Shown in pieces: positions 20,186-29,194 of a stretch of 64,000 bases of DNA. The DNA comes from Nitrospirota bacterium. Lineage in GTDB: Bacteria; Nitrospirota; UBA9217. Numbering within the stretch: the stretch's first letter is position 1; each line of letters starts with the position of its first letter. Position numbers and translations under genes: made by a program. The notes beneath the pieces were generated by a model that saw nothing but the letters and a program-made list of their open reading frames with translations, searched no databases and was not told the origin of the DNA. The stretch spans positions 192,001 to 256,000 of the forward strand of contig OY760142.1 of NCBI GenBank assembly GCA_963663225.1, read 5' to 3'.

Positions 20186-21326
20186 TTTTTATCAGTTTCT
20201 TGCCCGGTTTAATGACCCGTTGTGACAGGTAATGTACCGCCCTATTGGAGACGTTATTTTTCTTAATAAAAAGCGAGAAATTAAACCGAGTATTGTTTGC
20301 CCAGAAGTATTTATATTTTTCATCGCCCCGGAGAAAATCAAACTCAGAACATCTCTCGGAAAAAGCTTTTTCGATCATCAGGGATAACAGAACCGTGCCC
20401 GCACTTTTTTCTTCCCCGTGCGCGGACAGTCCTGTTTGGTAATAGTAGTATTTGTTGTTGTACTTTATACAATAATAAAAAGCCTGATAAACCGACTCCT
20501 TCAGGAGAAAGGCAATAATTATTTTGTTTTCATTCAGTAAGTAGCCAACCAAGGATTCGTGGAAACTATAGACCTTGTCTCCTCTGAAGGCAGTCGGATA
20601 ATTTTTTCTTTTTGCACGTTCCGCATGAAGCAAGAATAAAGTCTTCAGGTAGTGCTGCAGATTACCGGATTGGCTGTCCAGAATGCGGCATTTCCAGTTT
20701 TCCTTTTCCAGCAGATTTTTTTTCTTGCGCAGAAGTGTATTGCGTGTTTTTCCTGAAAAAGAACCGAGAAAGTCCTCAAAAGTTTTATCGATAGTCAGAT
20801 AGGGGCAACGAGAGTCCGCGTTGCATTCAATGAGTAATTTTAGGAGCCCGTTTCGATGATCCGAAAGATACTTTTTTATGCAGGAGTTTTCATGCACGCC
20901 TTCCAGTGTTATTTCATCCCATTCCATCTCATGCGTCTGTAGATAATCAAATACCAGCTTCGGGAAAAGGTGTTCAACTCTTCTATCGCAAAGAATGTCG
21001 AGATGATCGGGAGCAGTCTCGGAAGAGGAGCAGAATTTGACTGTATTGCGTCGGACACCGAAATATCTTTTTTTCTCGATATAAAACGGCGCAATCCCGA
21101 CTAGTTGCCCTTGTGTGTCATAACCACAGACAATAAGTAGTTCTTTCTTTTCGTTTTTAAACGTATTCCACCAGGAAAACATCCACTCCCAAGACAAAAA
21201 GAATTCATTCGTAACGCTTCTGTTCAGGAGTTCGTTCCATTGTTCCCGCAGAAAAGTAAAATCTTTTTCCGAGAGCCGTTTTATAAAAAGAGATTTCACT
21301 TCTATGTCTGACTTCGTTGTTATCAT
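20160..21326 (-). CDS. GNAT family N-acyltransferase, CelD/BcsL type
   Basis: WNELL...FFLSWEWMFSWW, GIAPF, DHLD, YYYQTG, SAGTVL, FDFLRGDEKYKYFWA. Confidence 0.87.
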   Translation of the reverse strand: MITTKSDIEVKSLFIKRLSEKDFTFLREQWNELLNRSVTNEFFLSWEWMFSWWNTFKNEKKELLIVCGYDTQGQLVGIAPFYIEKKRYFGVRRNTVKFCSSSETAPDHLDILCDRRVEHLFPKLVFDYLQTHEMEWDEITLEGVHENSCIKKYLSDHRNGLLKLLIECNADSRCPYLTIDKTFEDFLGSFSGKTRNTLLRKKKNLLEKENWKCRILDSQSGNLQHYLKTLFLLHAERAKRKNYPTAFRGDKVYSFHESLVGYLLNENKIIIAFLLKESVYQAFYYCIKYNNKYYYYQTGLSAHGEEKSAGTVLLSLMIEKAFSERCSEFDFLRGDEKYKYFWANNTRFNFSLFIKKNNVSNRAVHYLSQRVIKPGKKLIKNVYSKDRN

Positions 21327-21366
21327 GAGAATATCGCTATCGCCGCCTCTTTTGCGCTGTTGACGG

Positions 21367-22521
21367 TCAGTTTTCTCTGGTGAGAATTACCTGTTTAAAG
21401 ATTGTCTCATAATTTTCTATCATATGTTCCAGGCTGAATTTTTCTTCCACCCTTTTTTTTGCGGCCGTGCTGAACTGTTGCGCCGTTATCGGATCATCCA
21501 AGATGGACCAGATGGCTTCCGCCAGCGCGTGGGAATCTCCGGGCGGGACCAAAAAACCCGTCTCACCCTGGACAACTGCTTCGGCATTGCCGCCGACCGT
21601 TGTTGCCACTACCGGCTTGGAAGAAGCCATGTATTCCAAAATCGTGTTTGAAAAACCTTCACTTAATGAAGCCACAACGGCAACATCGAATATGGAAATT
21701 ATTTCCGGAACATCTCTGCGCCTTCCCAGAAAATGCACATTCCGGGAAACACCAAGTTTTTCGGCCATTGTCTGCATACTGCTGATTGAATAACCCATGT
21801 CAGTTGTATCACTGCCGGCGATGAGAAACTCAACATCGGATCTTCTTTTGCAAATACGCGAAGCGGCCTCAATGAGATACGTAATGCCTTTTATGCGGCG
21901 AAGATTTGCGACGAGTCCCACTACCGGATGAGCAGGGTCAATACCGATTTCTTTTTTAATATCTGAGCACGTTCTGCGGCACGTATTGTATTCCCGCAAA
22001 TCAACTCCATTGTAAATCGAAACTATCCGTTTTTCAGGAAACCAGCCTTGTTTAACTATCTCCTGTTTGACTGCATCGCATACGGTTATCTCCCGATCAA
22101 AAAAACCACCGATAAGTTTGTACGCCATCTTATGATGCGAGCGCGTTTTGAAGCCCATGTCTCTTCTGCTTGAAATAACCGGAATATTGCATGCTTTAGC
22201 AAGGATTAAGCCGTAAAAATCTGAAGTTTCGTGATACGTTACGATGAGCGAAATATTCTTATTTTTAATCAACCTGCGCAGAAAAAAGATATTTTTTATC
22301 CCATTGACAGTATAGATCCCACCCCGCAAAAGGTCAAAGACTGAGTGGCCTTCTTCGCGCATTTCCTGAGCAAGCTGGCCGGAATAGATGCAAGCCATGT
22401 AAAGATTAAATTTCTCTTTATCAATACCTTTTAGCAGCTGTGTAATATTGCGTTCAGATCCCGCCATTCCCATGAACGTGTCAGTCAGGATCAGCACATT
22501 ATATTTATTTGTCATTTCCAT
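21367..22521 (-). CDS. Glycosyltransferase family 4
   Basis: AGSERN, SSRRDMG, IYNGVD, ANLRRIKG, SLSEGFSNTILEYMA. Confidence 0.92.
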   Translation of the reverse strand: MEMTNKYNVLILTDTFMGMAGSERNITQLLKGIDKEKFNLYMACIYSGQLAQEMREEGHSVFDLLRGGIYTVNGIKNIFFLRRLIKNKNISLIVTYHETSDFYGLILAKACNIPVISSRRDMGFKTRSHHKMAYKLIGGFFDREITVCDAVKQEIVKQGWFPEKRIVSIYNGVDLREYNTCRRTCSDIKKEIGIDPAHPVVGLVANLRRIKGITYLIEAASRICKRRSDVEFLIAGSDTTDMGYSISSMQTMAEKLGVSRNVHFLGRRRDVPEIISIFDVAVVASLSEGFSNTILEYMASSKPVVATTVGGNAEAVVQGETGFLVPPGDSHALAEAIWSILDDPITAQQFSTAAKKRVEEKFSLEHMIENYETIFKQVILTREN

Positions 22522-22545
22522 AATTTCAACACATTTTTAGCAAAA

Positions 22546-23244
22546 TTACTTTTCTTCTTGTTTTTTGTCTATGGTGTCTGGTTTTGTGCCAGATGATTCT
22601 TGGTTCGGTTTCGAGAAATCGACGGAAAGCAAATGACATTTTAAATCTTTTCTGAATGTTTTCGAGGCCATGATATCCTGCACTTCGAATTTATTCTTAC
22701 CTTTAAATAAATAGTCAAACTTCGTCAGGCCCTGTCGCTCCCATTCCATGAGGCATTTTTGCTTATATTTTTCTACTGTTGAAACACGTATTGCGGGATT
22801 TCCTATCATGATACTGCCCGGTTTTACATCGTTGATAACCGTAGCATAGGGGCCGATGATTGAATTTTTTCCAATTCTAACTCCGGCGGATATAGTAGCA
22901 TGAGCTCCTATAAAGCAATTATCTTCTATGATGACTTTTCCAAAAAAACGTAAATGCGGGAGCTCGTCTCTGAAAATTACGCTCGCGCCGTCATGCGTCA
23001 TGAGATCCACGCCATACGCTATGGAAACACTATCGCCGATTTCAACCAGATAAGGTTCTGAACTCAAGCTTCTAATTTGAAGAAAACAATTTTTCCCGAC
23101 TATTGCGCCCTGTTTTCTGAATTTTTCTGCAATCGTAACGTCATTGTAGCGGAATCGTTCGTAAATTCTGTGAAGAATGTAAGCAACCATGTACAAGGGT
23201 GCGAGCAAAATTCTTAGCTTTTTACAGTACATAGACACCTGCAA
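22546..23244 (-). CDS. Hexapeptide-repeat (left-handed beta-helix) acyltransferase
   Basis: EPYLVEIG, THDG, IEDNCFIG, IGKNSIIG, GNPA. Confidence 0.87.
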   Translation of the reverse strand: MQVSMYCKKLRILLAPLYMVAYILHRIYERFRYNDVTIAEKFRKQGAIVGKNCFLQIRSLSSEPYLVEIGDSVSIAYGVDLMTHDGASVIFRDELPHLRFFGKVIIEDNCFIGAHATISAGVRIGKNSIIGPYATVINDVKPGSIMIGNPAIRVSTVEKYKQKCLMEWERQGLTKFDYLFKGKNKFEVQDIMASKTFRKDLKCHLLSVDFSKPNQESSGTKPDTIDKKQEEK

Positions 23245-23273
23245 TATCCATTAAATTTTTTACCGCAAACGCA

Positions 23274-24371
23274 CTATTTAACGTCGCAACGGAAATTTCC
23301 CGAATAATCCACGCTACCATTTTTGGCGAGTACCACGAGGTTCATTTTTCTAAAACTCGGCACTAAACCCAGCGGTGCATAATCTTCAAAATTCAGATAT
23401 GTTGCATTTTCAAATACTACTCCCTTCGCGTTCATCTCTTCCGCACGTTTTACGGCTTCATACAGGAGTGCTGCTATATGCGGCATGCTGCATTCTTTAA
23501 AAGGATTTACAATCAGGAAGTCGACAACAATAAAAAATTGTGTTTTGCTTTCCTTGATCGTTTCTAACGGATAAAAATTTATAAAAGCGTTTATTTCACC
23601 ATCGCGTTCTACTACAAAAGTTCTGTGCGTGGGATGGCCAAAACAGTAGTGTTTGAGCTGATCTTCCGCCATGGTCAGCATAAAATGCGGTGCATCGGGA
23701 ATTTTATTAAACAATTGCGTCAACTGTCCGGCATCAGCTTCTTCTGCAATTCTTATTCTGGCAGAACCGGGCAACGGAGAATTGTCTTGCAGGTATTTTT
23801 TCAAACGTGCGGGCATGACTACACACTGGTTGAATGTTGAATAAGTTTTTCGCTTCACCTGAAAATATTTTGCCGACAGTTTATCACCTATGCTTTTTAA
23901 TGGCTTTCCTTCTTCAATATAGGCAAATGTCGCGCTGCAGTCGGGCTCATAGAAATCTGCATCAGGGTGAAATAAATGAGTATGTTCGGCCAACTGCATT
24001 ACACAATCCATCCTGTGGCGTAAATCAAGCCGGGGAGAAACTGCAAGGTGGGTGTTTAAATATGAATTCATTACATTCCCATTACAGATCATTTTTCTAG
24101 GGAGAAAACTCTGAAAGGCCACTAATTCATCATCAAGGAACGCTCCAAGAAGTATGTTTTTGTCAGTATTGGGTCCTCCATACAACCACAGTAAATAGTC
24201 CTGGGGAAATACCGGGCTTCCTGTTTTGCCGTACAATTGGCTCCAGATAGAATTCAAAAATGTGCCTATTTTCTGCATTTCTTGCAATGAAAGACGCGAA
24301 AATTTCAGCAATCGTTCATGCCGCAGCAATTTTATAAAAGAAGTAAGTGGTTGTCCGTTTTTAATTTGCAT
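23274..24371 (-). CDS. Tandem-GNAT acyltransferase resembling glycylpeptide N-myristoyltransferase
   Basis: By-eye similarity to NMT segments: DYLLWLYGGP...LVAFQSFLPRK...THLAVSPRL and RIAEEADAGQLTQL...TFVVERDGEINAFINFYPL. Confidence 0.6.
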   Translation of the reverse strand: MQIKNGQPLTSFIKLLRHERLLKFSRLSLQEMQKIGTFLNSIWSQLYGKTGSPVFPQDYLLWLYGGPNTDKNILLGAFLDDELVAFQSFLPRKMICNGNVMNSYLNTHLAVSPRLDLRHRMDCVMQLAEHTHLFHPDADFYEPDCSATFAYIEEGKPLKSIGDKLSAKYFQVKRKTYSTFNQCVVMPARLKKYLQDNSPLPGSARIRIAEEADAGQLTQLFNKIPDAPHFMLTMAEDQLKHYCFGHPTHRTFVVERDGEINAFINFYPLETIKESKTQFFIVVDFLIVNPFKECSMPHIAALLYEAVKRAEEMNAKGVVFENATYLNFEDYAPLGLVPSFRKMNLVVLAKNGSVDYSGNFRCDVK

Positions 24372-24421
24372 GTATTATGTCCAAGATGTCGCCATGGTCG
24401 CTCAAGGTGAATTATTTCGGT

Positions 24422-26050
24422 CTATTTGTCCGACGTTCCGTAAACGCTGCTGAGCAGCGCTCTGTCTATTTTCTTGCTTTTATTTTTGGGAAGCTGTTCG
24501 AGTCTGACAAGATGCTGCGGGATCATATATCGGGGCAGGCTCTTTTTCAGGTTGTGGTGAATCTCTTCATGGCAGTCCGCGGCCGCCTCGTAAACAAGTT
24601 TGAGTGACTTAATTTCACCGTTTTCCCGGACCGGGATGACAACATTACCCGTCACTGAATCAACTTTTGAAACAACTCTCTCGATTTCCTGCAAATTGAT
24701 TCGATATCCGAAAAATTTGATCTGACTGTCCTTGCGGCCATGGATGCAGTAGCCGACCCCGGGAATAAAAGACGCGACATCCCCGGTCCTGTAAAACGGC
24801 ACCCCGTGCTCATCCCTTCCAAAAACCTTGTTCGTTTTGTCAGGATCATTCCAATATCCGATAGACAAATGAGGAGAATGGACGATGAGCTCTCCTCGCT
24901 CTTCATTTTCCGGGAAGTCGGTTTTGTCAAGCGTGAAACGGATTCCCATGATCGGGAAACCGATGGGAACGGCGCCTCCGTCCTCGCCCTTGTAATCGTT
25001 CAGCGAGAAAACAGCCATCAGTGACGATTCAGTAGATCCATAGCCGTTGATAAACTTTGCGTTGGGCAGCATGGCCATCACAGTTGCCAAAATATTCCGG
25101 TTGGCGGGTTCTCCGCCGAGCAAAACAGTTTTTAGCCCCTGAAGATGCTCCGGCTTGATCAGACCGCTGTTTACGAGAGCGTTCAGCGTCGAGGTGACCA
25201 GCAGCGTTCTGGTGACTTTGTACGTATATGTAAGGTCCAGAATGTCCTTCGGAAAAATTACTTCTTCTGGGTAAACAGCAAGTGTTCCACCTGAACACAG
25301 CGGTGGAAATATGTCAGCGGTTGAGGCGGAGAATGCGGTTGCATTCAGCCCACTGGTCACGTCATCCACGTTATAACCCAGGGTATCGATCACCCACTGG
25401 ACATTCTTGAAAATATTGCCGTGGGGAATCATGACGCCTTTCGGCTCGCCGGTGGAGCCTGACGTGAAATAAATCATCGCCAGATCATTCGGCAAAAGGT
25501 CTACTTTTTGTGGATCATCCCGCCGCGCGCTTCCGAACGGCAATTTGACGAAATCGCGTTCTTCGCCATCGTCAAGCAGAACGGCCTGAAAACGCCCTGG
25601 AGATAGTTCCGCACATTTTCTGAACAGGTCAGCTGAAAAGCGGTCGGCAAAAACGCGAAGCGGCGATATTTCAATCAATAAATCAGTCAGTCTGGCCGGC
25701 GGTGTTTTGGTGTCCAGAGGAACAACGACTCCTCCCGCTCTTATGATGCCGATCATGGCGGCATACAGATAGATTGACCTGTTCATCATGAGTGCGACAC
25801 GATCGCCTTTTTTCAGACCACTCTCCTGCAGATACTGTGAAACATCGAGAGTCAGTTCGCGCAGTTCATGATAGGTCCATGCTTTGTCATACAGCCGTAT
25901 CGCGGCTTTTGATGCGTGCAAAGCAAACATCTTATCGAGCAGATCCATGATGGTAGAAACGGCTGATTGATTTTCTGCTTGTTTCTGGTTTATCGCGGTG
26001 TTTTTTTCCATGGGATTCTTTTTGACAATTGCATTGTCCTGAAGTTCCAT
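24422..26050 (-). CDS. Stand-alone NRPS/DltA-like adenylation enzyme
   Basis: YFTSGSTGEPKG (A3), FSAS (A4 variant), NGYGSTE (A5), YRTGD (A7), GRKDSQIK, PRYMIP, LPKNKSKKIDR (A10). Start at 26050 or 26011. Confidence 0.88.
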   Translation of the reverse strand: MELQDNAIVKKNPMEKNTAINQKQAENQSAVSTIMDLLDKMFALHASKAAIRLYDKAWTYHELRELTLDVSQYLQESGLKKGDRVALMMNRSIYLYAAMIGIIRAGGVVVPLDTKTPPARLTDLLIEISPLRVFADRFSADLFRKCAELSPGRFQAVLLDDGEERDFVKLPFGSARRDDPQKVDLLPNDLAMIYFTSGSTGEPKGVMIPHGNIFKNVQWVIDTLGYNVDDVTSGLNATAFSASTADIFPPLCSGGTLAVYPEEVIFPKDILDLTYTYKVTRTLLVTSTLNALVNSGLIKPEHLQGLKTVLLGGEPANRNILATVMAMLPNAKFINGYGSTESSLMAVFSLNDYKGEDGGAVPIGFPIMGIRFTLDKTDFPENEERGELIVHSPHLSIGYWNDPDKTNKVFGRDEHGVPFYRTGDVASFIPGVGYCIHGRKDSQIKFFGYRINLQEIERVVSKVDSVTGNVVIPVRENGEIKSLKLVYEAAADCHEEIHHNLKKSLPRYMIPQHLVRLEQLPKNKSKKIDRALLSSVYGTSDK

Positions 26051-26054
26051 CGCT

Positions 26055-27266
26055 TTACACGACAATTTCAGCAGGCAGCGCGTGACTGAGAAAATGAAGC
26101 GGGCTTGCTGAAAAACCATATGCTCCTGAATTAAAGAAGAGGAGAACGTCGCCTTCCTCGATGTCGGCAGCCAGTTCAATATCAGTTGCCAATACATCGT
26201 CGGGAATGCAAAGGCTGCCGGTTATTGTGTACCTGATTTCAGCACCGGATTTTTCCTCTCCTGACAGTGTATCAATCTCGTAGTTACGCCGTATTACCTG
26301 TCCAATACCGCCGGCCGCCGCATAGTGTTGATGCATACCGCCGTCAACGACAAGAAATTCACGAGCGTAGCCCTTCTTGCGATACAACACGTGAACCGCG
26401 TAAAGCCCGCATTCCGCCACCAGAAAGCGGCCTGGCTCGATGATGAACGTGGTGTTTCTGAGCGGAGCCGTAAGCTCTTCATCGGCAAAAAGTCTGGAGA
26501 GACCTTCCCTAAGCGCCGCAAGATCGAGCGGGGGTTTTTTCCCGAACATATCTATCCCCCAGCCGCCGCCAAAGTTTATTTTTTCGATGACAATTCCGTA
26601 TTTGTTCGCAATTTCGACGCTTTTTTCGAGAATAAAGCGATAATTGCTCAAAATCTTGTCTGATTCCTGATATTGTGAACCAAGATGCAGGTGCAGGCCC
26701 CGGAAGCGGAGCATCTCCGGGTGGGATTTGATTACGGCAATGGCTTCCTCCAACTGGTCTTCAGGAATGCCGAACTGGGTATCTCCTCCCATCTTCATGG
26801 CTGAGGCCGCAGGACGCGTTTTGGGGTTTACCCTGATGCCCACGTTTCCGGCTTTCTTTTTTGCGCGGCAAAGTTTCGCTATCGTGTGTATTTCTGAAAC
26901 GCTTTCAGCATTTATGCAGGAAACACCGGCATCGATCGCCTGCGATAATTCATCAAGGGTTTTTCCGGGACCGGTGAATTCTATGCTATCTGACGAAAAT
27001 CCGGCAATCAGTGCCGCCGCGAGTTCCCCCCCCGAGGCCACGTCGGCACCCATGCCAAGTGCGTTCATTGTTCTTAAGATGTCATTATTGGGATTGGCCT
27101 TGAACGCATAATGGATTTTGAAATGCTCTGGCAGACAATCTGACAGGTCACGATACTTTTTTTCAATGACCTTTTTAAAATAACAAAAAACCGGAAGCTT
27201 TCTCCCATCAAGAAAAGCGAGAAGTTCCGATTTTGGTATCAGCTTGTAAAATTCTTGCTTGTTCAT
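26055..27266 (-). CDS. PLP-dependent fold-III decarboxylase (exosortase-A-associated; DAP decarboxylase/BtrK-like)
   Basis: HYAFKANP (PLP lysine), DVASGGE, TGPGKT, HLHLGSQ, NFGGG, EPGRFLV, GSLCIPDD, GAYG. Confidence 0.87.
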   Translation of the reverse strand: MNKQEFYKLIPKSELLAFLDGRKLPVFCYFKKVIEKKYRDLSDCLPEHFKIHYAFKANPNNDILRTMNALGMGADVASGGELAAALIAGFSSDSIEFTGPGKTLDELSQAIDAGVSCINAESVSEIHTIAKLCRAKKKAGNVGIRVNPKTRPAASAMKMGGDTQFGIPEDQLEEAIAVIKSHPEMLRFRGLHLHLGSQYQESDKILSNYRFILEKSVEIANKYGIVIEKINFGGGWGIDMFGKKPPLDLAALREGLSRLFADEELTAPLRNTTFIIEPGRFLVAECGLYAVHVLYRKKGYAREFLVVDGGMHQHYAAAGGIGQVIRRNYEIDTLSGEEKSGAEIRYTITGSLCIPDDVLATDIELAADIEEGDVLLFFNSGAYGFSASPLHFLSHALPAEIVV

Positions 27267-28863
27267 ATTTGTTTTTTATTTCCGCGTATCGAACTTTGCC
27301 GTTTTCAGCCAGGGGCAGACTTTTCACAATGTTGATGTTGTCAGGCACCATATACGACGGCAGGCGTTCCTTCATATGTTTGATAAGGTCTTCTTTTTTT
27401 AGACCGTCACAGGAAATGATTTCCGCTATTATGTTGTGGCCTTTCCGATCATCCGGAATTCCCACTACCGCGCAGTGTGTCACTCCAGGATGTTCCAGAA
27501 TGCAGCTTTCCACTTCTTTGGGATAAATTCTGAATCCTGAGCTCTTGATCATTCCATCTTCACGTCCCAAAACATACAGAAAACCATCGCGGTCGATTTT
27601 TCCACGGTCACCGGTAAAAACCACCTTGCCCGCAGAGATCGTTGGCTTTAAACACGCGGGTATCTCTGCAAGTTTTTTCTGCGAACCAGCAACTTCATTG
27701 ATATACCCAAGCATGGTGCCAGCACCGTAATGAATTATTTCTCCTTCTTCGTCCGGGGATGCGATTTGGGTATTGTCTTTCAAAATAAAAATGCGAGTCC
27801 CCTTAACCGGACGGCCTACCGATGTCATTTTACCATCATAGTCGTTCGCTTTTAATATGCCGCTTCTGAACGTTTCACTCTGCCCGTATGTTTTTATTAT
27901 TTTCGTCCTCGGGAAATAATGCTTCAACTGTTCCAAATATTTTCGTGCGAGGTCTCCTCCGGAAACAGTGATGTATCGCAATGTTTTCGTATCTTCCGGG
28001 AAGCCGTCTTCTCGGGGAACAGAAAGCATATCGGCCCAGATGGTAGGCACTGCGGAAATCCCTGAGATATTAAATCGTTTGATTGCCGTTGCAATATCCC
28101 GTGGAAACCAGGAATTCAAAATAATAAGATGGGCGCCCGATAAAATGCTCGAAAAGAGCTGATTCAGTCCGACATCAAACGAAAAAGGCAGCAGGCTGAG
28201 CAAACAATCTTCCCTGTTAATTTCAAAATCTTCAATTTCTGTGGTGACTCTGACGTACAGATCGTCGCGATCGATTAACACACCCTTTTGCTCACCTGTC
28301 GATCCTGAAGTAAATAAGCAGTATCCGCGTTTTTTCTGGGAATTTGAGAATGGAGCATGTATCCGGGGATCGCCCATGCCGTCAATTGCTGCAGAAGCGC
28401 CGGATTGTTGAGATTCCTGGACCCTGCGAGCCGGGATAAAATTCAAAAACTCGATTCCATCGCTACAAAGAGCAAACCGCATATTCGATGTAATAGCATC
28501 TTCAGACGACATAATCTGCTTTACCGTGCTTCTGTTGAGAATGATAAATTTAGGTTTGGCAACTCTCGCCAATCTTATTACGTGAGGTGGCTTCAGCCTC
28601 GAATTCAATGAACAGGCGGCGCCGCCGGCCAAAATGGCACCAAGAATGGTTACTGCTGCATCGATGGACTTGTTCATGTAACTAGCAACCAGATCATTCG
28701 GCTGCATCCCCTCTCTGGTAAAGAAGTCTGCAACTTCTTTTACTTTTCGAGCCAGCATGCCATAGGTCAGGGTTTGGAGTGTTCCCCCGGGCAAACAGTG
28801 GGAAATCGCAGCTTTGTCATTGTGTCGCGCAAATGCCTGCTCTATGCGTCGGGAAAGAATCAA
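27208..28863 (-). CDS. AMP-forming acyl/aminoacyl ligase (exosortase-A-associated type)
   Basis: FTSGSTGEQKG, LPFSFDVGLNQL, YGQSETFRS, FTGD, GREDGMIKSSGFRI, ENGKV. Confidence 0.86.
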   Translation of the reverse strand: MILSRRIEQAFARHNDKAAISHCLPGGTLQTLTYGMLARKVKEVADFFTREGMQPNDLVASYMNKSIDAAVTILGAILAGGAACSLNSRLKPPHVIRLARVAKPKFIILNRSTVKQIMSSEDAITSNMRFALCSDGIEFLNFIPARRVQESQQSGASAAIDGMGDPRIHAPFSNSQKKRGYCLFTSGSTGEQKGVLIDRDDLYVRVTTEIEDFEINREDCLLSLLPFSFDVGLNQLFSSILSGAHLIILNSWFPRDIATAIKRFNISGISAVPTIWADMLSVPREDGFPEDTKTLRYITVSGGDLARKYLEQLKHYFPRTKIIKTYGQSETFRSGILKANDYDGKMTSVGRPVKGTRIFILKDNTQIASPDEEGEIIHYGAGTMLGYINEVAGSQKKLAEIPACLKPTISAGKVVFTGDRGKIDRDGFLYVLGREDGMIKSSGFRIYPKEVESCILEHPGVTHCAVVGIPDDRKGHNIIAEIISCDGLKKEDLIKHMKERLPSYMVPDNINIVKSLPLAENGKVRYAEIKNKYEQARILQADTKIGTSRFS

Positions 28864-29132
28864 GCTTCATCTCCCGCCAATTTCTTTTCAATAAAATACG
28901 ATATTTTGCTTATGGAGTCGAAATTGTCCAAAGAAAGTTCCGCCGGATAAAAAATAACGTCAAATTTCTCTGAAAAAGCCTCAATAATCTGGATTGCTCC
29001 GAGAGAGTCGATTAGCCCGCTGTCGATCAGCGAATCCTCTTCACCAATACTAGTACCACTCCCATTGCCATCCTTTGCGGCAATCTCTGTTATTATTTGT
29101 TTAACCGCTCCTTTTATTTCTGCTAACTCCAT
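28860..29132 (-). CDS. Acyl/aminoacyl carrier protein
   Basis: Acidic, 90 aa; SGLIDSLG phosphopantetheine motif; LDNFDSI. Confidence 0.9.
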   Translation of the reverse strand: MELAEIKGAVKQIITEIAAKDGNGSGTSIGEEDSLIDSGLIDSLGAIQIIEAFSEKFDVIFYPAELSLDNFDSISKISYFIEKKLAGDEA

Positions 29133-29194
29133 GCTGAATGCCCCCCATTCAACGATTATTTTTATAATGATGCAGCAATGTATATTTTTTTGAC

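Noticed and set aside
26055-27266. Housekeeping lysA
   Set aside because: It overlaps an AMP ligase next to an ACP, and its motifs (MKMGG, GIGQVIRRNY) fit the exosortase-associated/BtrK-like subfamily
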